Below the pieces are notes generated by a model, which saw nothing but the letters and a program-made list of their open reading frames with translations, was not told the DNA's origin and did not search any database. A stretch of DNA of 64,000 nt from an uncultured Clostridia bacterium (GTDB lineage: Bacteria; Bacillota; Clostridia; TANB77; CAG-508), in the NCBI GenBank assembly GCA_934167965.1, contig CAKPMJ010000002.1:191013-255012 (forward strand), in the 5' to 3' direction. A program made the translations under genes and the position numbers. The stretch's first letter is position 1, and each line of letters begins with the position of its first letter. Shown piece by piece: positions 28,253-38,992 of the stretch.

Positions 28253-29299
28253 CTAATAAATATATCTTTGTGGATTGATTGCTGTATCTTTAATTCTTAT
28301 TTCTAAATGTAAATGTGAACCTGTTGAATTTCCTGTTGAACCAACTGCTCCAATAACATCTCCTGCAGATACTTTTTGTCCAACTTTAACTTTTATCTTG
28401 CTACAATGTGCATACCAAGTTGAAACTCCTTTTCCGTGATCTACTTTTATTAAGTTACCATATGATCCATTATAAGATGCACATGTTACTGTTCCTGCTG
28501 ATACAACTTTTATCGGTGTTCCTGTTGAACATGCAATGTCTAGTCCTGTGTGCGCTCCTGATCTTATTCTACTAACATGTCCAAATCTGGAACTTATTTT
28601 TCCTTTTACCGGAAGTACTGACACATTTATTCCATTTATTACTGCTAAAGCTTCTTTTGCTTCTTTTTCTTTTAATAAACTTTCTACTGTTTTTTCACAT
28701 TCTTTTTTAGCACTTTTCACTGTCTCTGTTTTTACTTCTTCAGCATTATCTGTATATTTTTCTTCTATTGTAAGATCTAATTCTAAATCATTTCCTTTAT
28801 ATTCTGACTTAATCTTTTTTGTTACTTCTTCTGCTTCTTCAATAGTATCTACATATGCTTGAGTTTTATTATTTAGTGCTACTGTGTAGAATTTGTATGT
28901 TGTAATTACATTATCATTTAATTTTTGAATTATATTTTCTTCATCTGTTTGTTTATTTCTAGCTATTAATTTTCTCTCGTATTTTGTTTCCTCTTTAAGT
29001 GAAATACTGTCAACATTTTGTCCTTTTTGATTTAATATTTCTTCTTTTATTATTTTCTCAAATTGTTCACAGTTTGATATATATCCTAATGTTTCACTTT
29101 CTGTTGTCACTTCATATACTGGTTTATATTTTATTAAAATTATCGTGGTTATTAATATAAATCCTAATATCATTATTTTTAATGTTCTAATTGTTTCTTT
29201 TGTAAGCATCTTCAATATTGATCTTAGTTTAATTTTTAAAATAATATACACTCTCCTTTTATGCTTATTTTTTACACGACAAAATTTATTATACCACAT
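28253..29299 (-). CDS. M23 family metallopeptidase with N-terminal TM anchor (start ambiguous: 29299 or 29209)
   Basis: HTGLDIA (HxxxD) and HLHLEIR (HxH) motifs are intact in the C-terminal LytM domain. Confidence 0.8.
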   Translation of the reverse strand: MWYNKFCRVKNKHKRRVYIILKIKLRSILKMLTKETIRTLKIMILGFILITTIILIKYKPVYEVTTESETLGYISNCEQFEKIIKEEILNQKGQNVDSISLKEETKYERKLIARNKQTDEENIIQKLNDNVITTYKFYTVALNNKTQAYVDTIEEAEEVTKKIKSEYKGNDLELDLTIEEKYTDNAEEVKTETVKSAKKECEKTVESLLKEKEAKEALAVINGINVSVLPVKGKISSRFGHVSRIRSGAHTGLDIACSTGTPIKVVSAGTVTCASYNGSYGNLIKVDHGKGVSTWYAHCSKIKVKVGQKVSAGDVIGAVGSTGNSTGSHLHLEIRIKDTAINPQRYIY

Positions 29300-29339
29300 A
29301 TTAAAAAAAAATGCAAATTTTTGTCGAGTTTATTTTATT

Positions 29340-29368
29340 TTGCATTTTTATGTAAATTATGGTATAAT
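29340..29368 (+). promoter_or_regulatory. promoter TTGCAT-17-(TG)GTATAAT with ~130-nt leader
   Basis: ttgcatTTTTATGTAAATTATGGtataat. The leader contains a short hairpin plus a T9 run and an AAGGAGGG 31 nt before the ATG. Confidence 0.45.
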
Positions 29369-29501
29369 ACTATTAGATACTTGCTAATATGCAAATTCAC
29401 TTTTTTTTTAAATTGTAAGTTATTTACGATTTTGCATTTAATAAGTATACTTTATTTATTACTAAGGAGGGCTTTGGATTAGGACCCAGAGCGAAAAAAT
29501 T

Positions 29502-29816
29502 ATGTCAGAATTAAAATGGTCAGCAAAAAGAATTGAAATTAGAGATGGAGATATCTTTGTAGATGGTAATCCATACTCAGACGAGAAGTTTATGAATCTG
29601 TTAAAAGAAGCACTAAATCACAGAATTGTTTATCAGAACGGTGAAAAAACTGTATTTTGTGTAGAAAAACAATTCGGTCAGATATGTGCAGCTTTTCCAG
29701 CTTCGGCACCTTGTTCACTCCAATCTTTTATTTCTCTTTTAAAACAGAGACTTACAAAAAATGGCCCTGTTGCCACCTTACATTATGATGATTTTTATGC
29801 AAGCAGACCATTATAA
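29502..29816 (+). CDS. hypothetical 104-aa protein in a GC-elevated (~36%) island
   Basis: MSELKWSAKRIEIRDGDIFVDGNPY... Composition is distinct from the ~25% GC neighbours. Terminator immediately downstream. Confidence 0.5.
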   Translation: MSELKWSAKRIEIRDGDIFVDGNPYSDEKFMNLLKEALNHRIVYQNGEKTVFCVEKQFGQICAAFPASAPCSLQSFISLLKQRLTKNGPVATLHYDDFYASRPL

Positions 29817-29823
29817 TGCTCTA

Positions 29824-29850
29824 AGAGTCAGCTTTATAAAGCTGACTCTT
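29824..29850. terminator. bidirectional terminator hairpin AGAGTCAGC-tttataa-GCTGACTCT
   Basis: Perfect 9-bp stem overlapping the 3' end of the convergent Ca-ATPase gene. T-rich downstream. Confidence 0.6.
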
Positions 29851-32509
29851 CCTCTTTTTCTATTTTTTTATAAATGACCTTTCCAAATTTTACTTCATTA
29901 AATTTCTTTTGAATCTCTATAATAATAATCGGCATAATTGAAATTAAACTCGTATAAATCCATTGCATACAATTTAAAGGTATCAAATCAAACATATTAG
30001 CAAAATAAGGAACTATTACAACTACTACTTGTAATAATGCACCTAAGACAAAACTTCCAATTAAAAATTTATTTTCAAATAATCCTACCTTAAAAATTGA
30101 TTCTTCTGACTTTACATTAAAGCTATGTATTAATTCAAGTAATCCAATTGCCACAAATGCCATTGTTCTTCCTACTTCTAATCCATATAAATTATTTCCA
30201 AGTGAAAATGTAAAAAGTGTTAAACTTCCTATCATTATTCCTTCTGTGATTATTTTATTCCATAACCCACCAGCAAATAAACTTTCTTTTGAGCTACGTG
30301 GTTTTTTACTCATTACATTAGGTTCTTCCTTTTCTAATCCTAATGCTATTGCTGGAAATGAGTCTGTTACTAAATTTACCCATAAAAGCTGTATTGCCAA
30401 TAATGGGGACTCTAATCCTAATAATAACCCTAAAAATATAGTTGTTATTTCTCCAATATTAGTAGAAATTAGAAAATGAATTGCCTTTTTTATATTATCA
30501 TATATGTTTCTTCCTTGCTTTACTGCTTCTACTATGGTAACGAAATTGTCATCCATTAAAATCATATCAGACGCATTTTTTGCTACATCAGTTCCTCCTT
30601 TTCCCATTGCAATACCGATATCTGCATTTTTTAGTGCAGGACTATCATTGACACCATCTCCTGTCATTGCAACTACTGCTCCTGTTTTTTGCCATGCCTT
30701 TACAATTCTTACTTTGTGTTCTGGTGTAACCCTTGCAAATACAGAATATGAAGATATATTTTTCTCTAACTCTTTGTCTGAAATATTATCTAATTCCTCT
30801 CCAGTAATTGCTTTATCACTAGTACACAATATTCCTAATTCTTTAGCAATTGCTTTTGCTGTAGCTATATGATCTCCTGTAATCATTACAGTTTTTATTC
30901 CTGCCCTTTTACAACTTTTTACCGCTTCTTTAACTCCTTCTCTTGGCGGATCAATCATTCCTATTAACCCTACATATATTAAATTATTCTCTATATTTGA
31001 TACATTATCTATTTCATTACTTGAGATTTCTTTATAAGCAACTGCTAATACTCTCAATGCATTATTTGCCATTTCTATATTAGTATCTTTTATCTTTAAT
31101 TTATCATATTCTGTTATGTTTTTTATCTCCCCATCTTTCAAAATTTTACTACATCTTTTTATAAGGACATCTGGCGCACCTTTTGTTATGCTCAAATATT
31201 TATTGTTAACCTTATGAATAGTTGTCATCATTTTTCTACTTGAATCAAATGGAATCTCACTTACCCTTTCCATCTTTTTATATAACTCTTTTTTATCTAT
31301 ATTTTCCTTTATTGCTTTATTTACTATTGCAATTTCAGTTGGCTCACCTATAACATTTTCTTTTCCATCTATATATTCAATCTCACAATCTGTACACATG
31401 CATCCTAATTCTAATAATAACTTTTCATTATCTGTGACTGTTTTTACAACTGTCATTTTATTTTGTGTTAAAGTTCCTGTTTTGTCCGAACATATTACAT
31501 TACTACTACCCAGAGTCTCAACAGCTGGCAATTTTCTAATAATGCTATTCTTTTTTGCCATCTTAGTTACTCCAATAGAAAGCATTATTGTTACTATTGC
31601 TGGCAATCCTTCTGGTATTGCTGCAACTGCTAATCCTACAGAAGTCATAAACATTTCTACTGGCTCTATTTTTTTGAATATTCCTATCACAAATATTACA
31701 GCACATATTACTAAACATACTATTCCTAAAATCTTTCCTACCTCTGACAATTTCTTTTGAATTGGCGTTTCTGGTGCGTCTTCTTTTATAATCATATCTG
31801 CAATTTGTCCAATCTTGGTATTCATTCCTGTTTCTGTCACTATTGCCCTTCCATGACCTGCAACCACTATACTCGCCATAAATGCCATATTTTTCATATC
31901 ACCTATTGGTATTTTTTCTTTAAATATCTGATTATTATCTTTCAAAACTGCTTCTGTTTCACCAGTTAAACTAGATTCTTCTATTTTTAAATTAAAACTT
32001 TCTATTATTCTACAATCCGCAGGTACATAATTTCCTGCCTCTAATTCTATTATATCTCCTGGTACTAAATCTTCTGCATTTACTTCTTGTATTATTCCAT
32101 TTCTTATTGATTTTGCAATTTGTGGTGTTAGTTTTTTTAAACTCTCTATTGATTTTTCTGCCCTTGCCTCTTGAATTAATCCCATTATTGCATTTAGTAC
32201 TACTATAGCAATTATTATTATAGAATCAAAATAGTCATTTTCTCCTCTTATATAAGACACCACTGCTGATATTATTGAAGCTATAATTAATATTATTATC
32301 ATAAAGTCATTAAATTGTTTTATAAACCTTATTATAATACTTTCTTTTTTATTTTCATTTAGTTTGTTTATTCCATATTCAGCTTTCCTCTTTTCTACTT
32401 CTTCATTTGTTAAGCCCTTTTCTACATTTGTTTTTAAATTCTTTTGTACATCATCTATTTTTAATGTGTACCACATAAAATCACTCCTTTGTTTATATTG
32501 CTTGTACAA
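29834..32509 (-). CDS. P-type Ca2+-transporting ATPase (E1-E2 type, YloB/PMCA-like)
   Basis: 891 aa with CSDKTGTLT phosphorylation site, TGDH..., TGDGVNDSPALKNADIGIAMG and 10 TM segments. Confidence 0.88.
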   Translation of the reverse strand: MYKQYKQRSDFMWYTLKIDDVQKNLKTNVEKGLTNEEVEKRKAEYGINKLNENKKESIIIRFIKQFNDFMIIILIIASIISAVVSYIRGENDYFDSIIIIAIVVLNAIMGLIQEARAEKSIESLKKLTPQIAKSIRNGIIQEVNAEDLVPGDIIELEAGNYVPADCRIIESFNLKIEESSLTGETEAVLKDNNQIFKEKIPIGDMKNMAFMASIVVAGHGRAIVTETGMNTKIGQIADMIIKEDAPETPIQKKLSEVGKILGIVCLVICAVIFVIGIFKKIEPVEMFMTSVGLAVAAIPEGLPAIVTIMLSIGVTKMAKKNSIIRKLPAVETLGSSNVICSDKTGTLTQNKMTVVKTVTDNEKLLLELGCMCTDCEIEYIDGKENVIGEPTEIAIVNKAIKENIDKKELYKKMERVSEIPFDSSRKMMTTIHKVNNKYLSITKGAPDVLIKRCSKILKDGEIKNITEYDKLKIKDTNIEMANNALRVLAVAYKEISSNEIDNVSNIENNLIYVGLIGMIDPPREGVKEAVKSCKRAGIKTVMITGDHIATAKAIAKELGILCTSDKAITGEELDNISDKELEKNISSYSVFARVTPEHKVRIVKAWQKTGAVVAMTGDGVNDSPALKNADIGIAMGKGGTDVAKNASDMILMDDNFVTIVEAVKQGRNIYDNIKKAIHFLISTNIGEITTIFLGLLLGLESPLLAIQLLWVNLVTDSFPAIALGLEKEEPNVMSKKPRSSKESLFAGGLWNKIITEGIMIGSLTLFTFSLGNNLYGLEVGRTMAFVAIGLLELIHSFNVKSEESIFKVGLFENKFLIGSFVLGALLQVVVVIVPYFANMFDLIPLNCMQWIYTSLISIMPIIIIEIQKKFNEVKFGKVIYKKIEKEEESAL

Positions 32510-32580
32510 TTATATTCAACAGATTCGATTTTATGAGTAACAAAAAAGAGTTTAGCTATAAAACTAAACCCTTTTTACTT

Positions 32581-33888
32581 TTATTCTTTTTTCTCTAAAT
32601 TATTGTTCCTGCAAACTTTAACTTTAATTATTCTTTTATCTTTACATTTTTCCACTTTATATGTTGCCTCTTTTATTTCTATTACTGGCTTTTCCTTTTC
32701 TCCTGGAATTCTACCTAATTCTTCTATTAAATATCCTGAAAGAGTATCATATTCGCCTTCTGGTATCTTTATTCCCAATACTTTTTCAACTTCATATATT
32801 GCAACATTTCCATTAAACATATATGTATTTTCATCTATTTTTTCATATTTTTCTTCTATTTCATCATATTCGTCATAGATTTCTCCAACAATTTCTTCTA
32901 ATATATCTTCTATTGTTACAATTCCTGAAGTTCCACCATATTCATCTATTACTATAGCAATTTGCTTTTTGTGTTTACGCATATCTTCAAACAGCTCATT
33001 TACTAGTTTTGATTCTGGAACATAATATGCATTTTTTACCAAACTTTTTATTTTATTATTTTTGTTTTTCTGAGATACTAATATATCTTTTACATAAACA
33101 ATACCCTTTATTTCATCTATTGTATTTTCATATACAGGTATTTTACTATATCTATAGTCTTCTGATAGCATGTCAATAACCTCTGATATAGTAGAATCAA
33201 TATCTACCGCAAATATTTCTGTCCTTGGAACCATAATCTCTGATACTATTTTGTCATTAAATTCAAAGACATTGTTTAACATTTCTTTTTCTTCTTTATC
33301 AATAGTTCCTTTTTCTTCTCCAACATCAATCATCATTCTTATTTGTTCTTCTGTTACTGTCTCTTCTTCATCTCCTGACACTCCAAATAATTTTGATACT
33401 ATATTAGTCGAAGCTGTTAAGAATTTAACAAATGGTGCTGTTACTATTGATATTCCTCTTATTATTCCTATTGTTGCAAATGATATCTTTTCATAATGTT
33501 TCATTGCAAGTCTTTTTGGAACCAATTCTCCAAATATCAATGTAAAATATGATAATATTATTGTAATTATTATTATCGCTATATTAGTCCATGCTGTTAT
33601 TCCAACTGATGGAATTATATTATTTAATAGTGGTGCAAGTTTTCTTGCAAATGTTTCTGAAGCAAACGCACTTGATAAAAATCCTGCTAGTGTAATTCCT
33701 ATTTGTATTGTTGCTAAAAATTTGCTTGGATCTTTTAACATTTTTTCTATACTTTTTGCTTTTTTATTTCCTTCTTTAGCTTGCTTTTCTATTTTTGCAT
33801 CATTTAATGATATAAATGCTATTTCTGCTGCTGCAAAAAATGCATTTAATAAAATTAATATGACCAAAACAAATATCTGTAAAAACAT
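32581..33888 (-). CDS. HlyC/CorC family transporter (DUF21/CNNM TM domain + CBS pair + CorC_HlyC)
   Basis: 435 aa. N-terminus MFLQIFVLVILILLNAFFAAAEIAFISL (DUF21). Confidence 0.85.
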   Translation of the reverse strand: MFLQIFVLVILILLNAFFAAAEIAFISLNDAKIEKQAKEGNKKAKSIEKMLKDPSKFLATIQIGITLAGFLSSAFASETFARKLAPLLNNIIPSVGITAWTNIAIIIITIILSYFTLIFGELVPKRLAMKHYEKISFATIGIIRGISIVTAPFVKFLTASTNIVSKLFGVSGDEEETVTEEQIRMMIDVGEEKGTIDKEEKEMLNNVFEFNDKIVSEIMVPRTEIFAVDIDSTISEVIDMLSEDYRYSKIPVYENTIDEIKGIVYVKDILVSQKNKNNKIKSLVKNAYYVPESKLVNELFEDMRKHKKQIAIVIDEYGGTSGIVTIEDILEEIVGEIYDEYDEIEEKYEKIDENTYMFNGNVAIYEVEKVLGIKIPEGEYDTLSGYLIEELGRIPGEKEKPVIEIKEATYKVEKCKDKRIIKVKVCRNNNLEKKE

Positions 33889-33971
33889 TTATATATTTCT
33901 TCCTTCCTTTTTTTCTTAGTTTATATCATATTTTAAACGTTTTTTCAAGGTCTTCCAAGCAAATAACTTTA

Positions 33972-35480
33972 TTAATTATTAACTTTATGTGTTACCATTG
34001 GTGTATTTGTAGTAATATTACTAAATTTATAACCATTTTCAATAGCATAGTCTATAATTTTAGGTAATGCTTTTAATGTCTTTTTATTACCACTAAAATC
34101 ATGCATTAAAACCACATTAATTCTTTTCTTGCTAAGCCCTTTGGTTACATTTTTATATACAGCATCTGCTGTCTTAACATCTCCTGCATCTCCTGATGAT
34201 ACATTCCAATCAAAATATCTATATCCTTTTTCTACAACTTCTTTAGTTAGTTTTGTCATAATTCCAGGATTATATCTACTAATTGTGTTTGAACTTCCTC
34301 CTGGGAATCTAATTATTGTAGCATCATATCCTGTTGATTTTTTTATTTTTTCTTGTAATTTCGTTATATTTTTCATATATCCATCTACTGATTTATATAT
34401 TTTTTTATAATCATGTGAATATCCATGAATTGCAACAGTATGCCCCTCTTCTACTTCTCTTTTTACTAATTTTTCTCCTGCTGAATTATAATTTAATATA
34501 AAAAATGTTGCTTTTACATTCTTCTCTTTTAGTACATTTAATACCTTTGGAGTAATATTTGTACTTGGTCCATCATCAAAAGTTAAATATATGGTTCCTG
34601 GTTCTCCGTCTTTTCCCTGTTCTGCCCTTTTTACTCCTTTTTCATTTACAGATACCTTCCTTGTTTTGGTCGCTTCATTTCCACTTAGATCTGACACTTT
34701 ATAAGTAAGTTCATAATCGCCAACTTTCGTTGAATCTACTGTACCTTCAATGGCAATTTGCCCTGTTAAGTCCCCATCTTTTATATCTACAGCTCTTGCT
34801 CCCAATTCTTTATATTCATGATTTAATGGTATAGCAATGTTCGCACTTCCATTTAATTGTATAGTTGGGGCAACTGTATCTACTACAGTTATCTCTCTAA
34901 CAACTGTTCTTTTATTTCCATAAGAATCTTCTACTTCATATGTTACCGTATATGTTGAATCATTTATTTTTTCTCTTGAAATTGCTACTTTACTTGTAAT
35001 ATCTCCATCTGTTACATCTATTGCTTTATATCCCGGTTCTACATATTTCTTGCCATATTCAACATTATATTTTTCTCCTCCCTCTAATATTATTTCTGGA
35101 GGAGTAGTATCTATTACTTTTATTCTAGCTTCTTTTATATATGAACCTGTTAATGTCTTCACCTTAAATCCAACATTATATTCTCCAACTTTATTATCAA
35201 AATTACCAATAATCTCTACTTTTTTAGTTATATCTCTACAATGATACACTGTTTTAGGAGCATTAATTTCTTGACCTGCTTCCACTTCTATTAAGGCATC
35301 ATTACTAATATACATTTTAGGTTTTTCTATAAATATTTCAACTATAAATATACTCACTATTGCTATTACACAATATAATAACCAATTTTTTTTATTTCCT
35401 TTTTTTAGATTAATAAAATATGTTACTAATAAACCTGTTAATACTATAGCTTCAATTAAATAGACTATCTTCCAACTCAT
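33972..35480 (-). CDS. membrane-anchored polysaccharide deacetylase (Ig-like repeats + NodB domain)
   Basis: N-terminal TM, three Ig-like repeats (DGDLTGQIA..), and a C-terminal NodB with TFDDGP and HGYSHD motifs. Confidence 0.82.
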   Translation of the reverse strand: MSWKIVYLIEAIVLTGLLVTYFINLKKGNKKNWLLYCVIAIVSIFIVEIFIEKPKMYISNDALIEVEAGQEINAPKTVYHCRDITKKVEIIGNFDNKVGEYNVGFKVKTLTGSYIKEARIKVIDTTPPEIILEGGEKYNVEYGKKYVEPGYKAIDVTDGDITSKVAISREKINDSTYTVTYEVEDSYGNKRTVVREITVVDTVAPTIQLNGSANIAIPLNHEYKELGARAVDIKDGDLTGQIAIEGTVDSTKVGDYELTYKVSDLSGNEATKTRKVSVNEKGVKRAEQGKDGEPGTIYLTFDDGPSTNITPKVLNVLKEKNVKATFFILNYNSAGEKLVKREVEEGHTVAIHGYSHDYKKIYKSVDGYMKNITKLQEKIKKSTGYDATIIRFPGGSSNTISRYNPGIMTKLTKEVVEKGYRYFDWNVSSGDAGDVKTADAVYKNVTKGLSKKRINVVLMHDFSGNKKTLKALPKIIDYAIENGYKFSNITTNTPMVTHKVNN

Positions 35481-35560
35481 TTTTTATCCTCTTTCCTTCT
35501 GTAAAAAATACTGTATTAACTATAACATATTTCGACATTTTTTTCAATCATATTATAAAT

Positions 35561-37543
35561 TTATTCTATATAAACACAACTTCCTTTATAAGCCACAATT
35601 CCCGGTTCAGGTATTTGTCTTTTTACCTTTGTTTCTTTTTTATCTACTTCTTCATTTTCTAATTTTATTTCTAATCCTTTTTCTTTTAATATTTTTTGTG
35701 CTTCTTCTATTGTTTTCCCCTTTACATTTGGAACTTTAACTTCTTCTTTTTTCTCTACTTGATCTGGGTTCCCTTGTTCAACTTCTAAATATGGTAAAAC
35801 TTCTGATAATATTTGCCCCCCAACTGGTGCTGCTACTCCACCTCCTTGATGTCCTCCTTCTCCTGTTGGATTATATAAAGTAACTAGACATACCACCTCT
35901 GGATCTTCTATAGGTGCTACTCCACAAAATGATGTTACATATTTTCCTGTATTTACTCCATCTTCTGAAGTTCCAGTTTTTCCTCCTACTCTATATCCTG
36001 CAACTTGAGCTTTTCTCCCTGTTCCGTCTGCAACAACTGATTCCATCATACTCAAAACCTTTTTACTTGTCTCTTTTGAAATAACTCTTCCCTTTATATT
36101 TACTGGATTTTCTTTTTCTTCTCCTGTATTTGTATCTATAAATGATTTCACTACTCTAGGAGTTACTAAATTTCCTCCATTTGCAATAGCAGATATTGCT
36201 GTTACAAGTTGAAGTGGTGTTATCTCAAAACGCTGTCCAAAACTTATTGTAGCAAGCTCTACAGGTCCACATTTCTCTTCTTTTACAAATATACTATTAG
36301 CTTCACCAGGAAGTCTTATTCCTGTTTTATCTAACAGACCAAACTTATGCAAATATTTATAATATGTTTTTACACCTAATTTTTGTCCAAGTCCTATAAA
36401 TACAGGGTTACATGAATTCATCAATCCTTGTCTTAAACTTTCACTTCCATGTGGCCTATAATATCTCCAACATTTAATACGTGCTCCACCTACTGTAATT
36501 CCACCTGTACAACAAAATTCACCACTATTATCTGTGTCTGTTATTTTTTCTTCAAGTGATGCAGAAGCTGTAATCAATTTAAATACAGAACCTGGTTCAT
36601 AGGTATCTGATATCGCCTTGTTTCTCCACATTCCTTGCAATTCTTTAGTTTTGTCCTCTTGTTTTAAATTTTCCCAATTACTTAATAATTCTGCATTATT
36701 TATTGTATATGGATCATTTAAATTATAACTTGGATATGTTGCCATAGCTAATAAATCACCTGTTTTTGGATTCATTATAACAATGTTTCCACCATCTGTA
36801 CACGAATTGTCAATACATGCTTCCTCTAAATATTTTTCAGCTATAGATTGTATTGTCATATCTATCGAAATTTTAATATTGCTTCCATCAACTGGAGCAT
36901 TATATCTTTCTCCTTCTGTCCCAATTTCTTCACCTGTTGCATCTGTTGCTCTTGATATATTTCCACTTGTACCTGATAATATTTCATCATATTTAGCTTC
37001 TATTCCATCTAGTCCTTGATTGTCACTACCACAAAATCCTATAAATTGTGATGCTAAATTTGCATAAGGGTAATACCTTTTGGTGTCTTCATCTATGTTT
37101 ACACCAGTATTTATATTATTATCTATTAGCCATTGCCTTAATTCATCTGCTTTATCTTCTTCTATCTTTTTTACTATTGTTTCTATAGAACTTCTCCTGT
37201 TTACCTTTTTTAATACTTTTTCATAATCAAGTTCAAAAATATCTGATAAAGCTCTTGCAACTTTTTCCTTATTTTCTTTAGCTATATTTGTAGGATTTAC
37301 AGTAACTGTTGATACAGTACAACTTACTGCTAATATATAATTTCCTGTATTGTCATAAATTATACCTCTTTTTGCGTTTATTGCTCTTTGTTGTACTTGC
37401 TGTTCATACGCTAAAAACTGCAATCTATTTCCATCCCAAAACTGAATATATGCAATTCTACCAATTAGAAAAATCATTATTAAAAAAGATATAAACATTG
37501 ACTTCAACATTTTCTTTTTATTTGATAAAGCTATTCCATCCAT
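35561..37543 (-). CDS. class B penicillin-binding protein with PASTA domain (SpoVD/FtsI-like)
   Basis: SVFK (SxxK), SCN (SxN) and KTGT motifs, with a C-terminal PASTA. The start is set at MDGIAL, preceded by AAAGAGGAAAT. Confidence 0.85.
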   Translation of the reverse strand: MDGIALSNKKKMLKSMFISFLIMIFLIGRIAYIQFWDGNRLQFLAYEQQVQQRAINAKRGIIYDNTGNYILAVSCTVSTVTVNPTNIAKENKEKVARALSDIFELDYEKVLKKVNRRSSIETIVKKIEEDKADELRQWLIDNNINTGVNIDEDTKRYYPYANLASQFIGFCGSDNQGLDGIEAKYDEILSGTSGNISRATDATGEEIGTEGERYNAPVDGSNIKISIDMTIQSIAEKYLEEACIDNSCTDGGNIVIMNPKTGDLLAMATYPSYNLNDPYTINNAELLSNWENLKQEDKTKELQGMWRNKAISDTYEPGSVFKLITASASLEEKITDTDNSGEFCCTGGITVGGARIKCWRYYRPHGSESLRQGLMNSCNPVFIGLGQKLGVKTYYKYLHKFGLLDKTGIRLPGEANSIFVKEEKCGPVELATISFGQRFEITPLQLVTAISAIANGGNLVTPRVVKSFIDTNTGEEKENPVNIKGRVISKETSKKVLSMMESVVADGTGRKAQVAGYRVGGKTGTSEDGVNTGKYVTSFCGVAPIEDPEVVCLVTLYNPTGEGGHQGGGVAAPVGGQILSEVLPYLEVEQGNPDQVEKKEEVKVPNVKGKTIEEAQKILKEKGLEIKLENEEVDKKETKVKRQIPEPGIVAYKGSCVYIE

Positions 37544-37640
37544 ATATTTCCTCTTTTCATGAATTATTTTACACACAAAAAAACTATATAATAATATTTA
37601 TTATATAGTTTTTTTCATATTACAAAATAACTTGTACAAA

Positions 37641-38390
37641 TTATGTTTTTGACTTAGAAACTTGCATATGATATGATATTTCTTCCACTATAGCAGTTGG
37701 TGTAATTTTTGAAATTACTTTTGCAATTTTTATAAGAATTCCTGGGATAATAATTAGTTTTCCCTTTAACATTCTATCTACAGCATATTTTGCTACATAT
37801 TGACTTGATAATGCTTTTACTTTAAATTTAACATTTGCAACATTGTTAAAATTAGTATTTACTGGACCTGGACATAGCAAACTTAATTTTACATTTGACT
37901 TACTTTTCTTTAACTCTTTATTTATTGATCTAGTTAATGTTACTACATAATTTTTTGATGCATAATAAGCTGCCATTAAAGGTCCTGGCATAAACCCGGC
38001 TATTGAAGCAACATTTAATATATGTCCCTTATCCTTTTTTACCATATCTTTTAAATATAACTTTGTTAATATATGAACTGCAGTTACATTTGTTTGAATT
38101 AGATTTACCTCTTTTTCTAAATCTGTTTCTACAAACTTCCCAAATACTCCAAATCCTGCATTATTTATTAGTATATCTATATCTTTAGCCTCTTCATATA
38201 ATTTATAACAATTCTCTTTTATACTTAAATCCATTGCAATTACTTCTACTTTAGTTTTTAGTTCTTCTTTTAATTTATTTAATTCTTCCTCGTTTCTAGA
38301 CACCAAAACCAGTTCATATCCTAGTTTTGAAAGATATCTTGCCATATCTCTTCCAATTCCTGATGAAGCTCCTGTTATTAATACTCTCAT
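37641..38390 (-). CDS. SDR family oxidoreductase
   Basis: TGASSGIGRDMA Rossmann motif, plus NNAG and YxxxK. Confidence 0.85.
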   Translation of the reverse strand: MRVLITGASSGIGRDMARYLSKLGYELVLVSRNEEELNKLKEELKTKVEVIAMDLSIKENCYKLYEEAKDIDILINNAGFGVFGKFVETDLEKEVNLIQTNVTAVHILTKLYLKDMVKKDKGHILNVASIAGFMPGPLMAAYYASKNYVVTLTRSINKELKKSKSNVKLSLLCPGPVNTNFNNVANVKFKVKALSSQYVAKYAVDRMLKGKLIIIPGILIKIAKVISKITPTAIVEEISYHMQVSKSKT

Positions 38391-38461
38391 ATTTTATTAT
38401 TTTCCTTTCTTTTACTTTTAAATTTGAAAAAAACTATATACACTGTTATATATAGTTTCTT

Positions 38462-38992
38462 CTAATTTTTAAATATCTTATTCATCATTGATTTAAACCA
38501 ACTAGTTTCTTCTTCTGTTTGTATATCTTCTGTTGTAGTTTCTGTATAATCCTTTTTTGGTAATGCAACAAATACTTTTTGATTATTATCTAATTTTTTC
38601 ATTCCCAATTTTTTCTTTGCTGCTTTTTCTACATTACTCAAATTTAAACTACTTTCAATACTAACTTGTAATTGTTCATTAGTTTTTTGAACTGCAGCCA
38701 ACTGACTTTTCTTATTTTGAATTTCATTAAATTCTTCTGTTATTAAAGAGCTTCTATAACTTATAGCAAGCAAAACTAAGAAAATTCCAACAATCATAGC
38801 TATATTTTGGTAATGCCCTTTTTTCTCTTGTTTTAACGCTTCTTGACGTTGATTTTCTTCTTGTTTATTTATTTTTTTAGTAACTTTTCTTGTAGTCTTT
38901 TTCTTTGGAACATAACTTGGTTCTACTTTTCTAGGACTTGTTCCATATTGATAATTTCTTGCCATAAGTTTTTTCACCTCACTTTTGTACAT
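38462..38992 (-). CDS. ftsL: FtsL-like cell division protein (single TM + coiled coil)
   Basis: 176 aa with a basic N-terminus, one TM (IAMIVGIFLVLLAI) and a coiled coil. It is positioned between rsmH and the PBP. Confidence 0.6.
   Translation of the reverse strand: MYKSEVKKLMARNYQYGTSPRKVEPSYVPKKKTTRKVTKKINKQEENQRQEALKQEKKGHYQNIAMIVGIFLVLLAISYRSSLITEEFNEIQNKKSQLAAVQKTNEQLQVSIESSLNLSNVEKAAKKKLGMKKLDNNQKVFVALPKKDYTETTTEDIQTEEETSWFKSMMNKIFKN

Noticed and set aside
29463-29470. AAGGAGGG as the RBS of the 104-aa orphan gene
   Set aside because: It sits 31 nt before the ATG, too far to function as its Shine-Dalgarno. It may belong to an upstream micro-ORF or be fortuitous.
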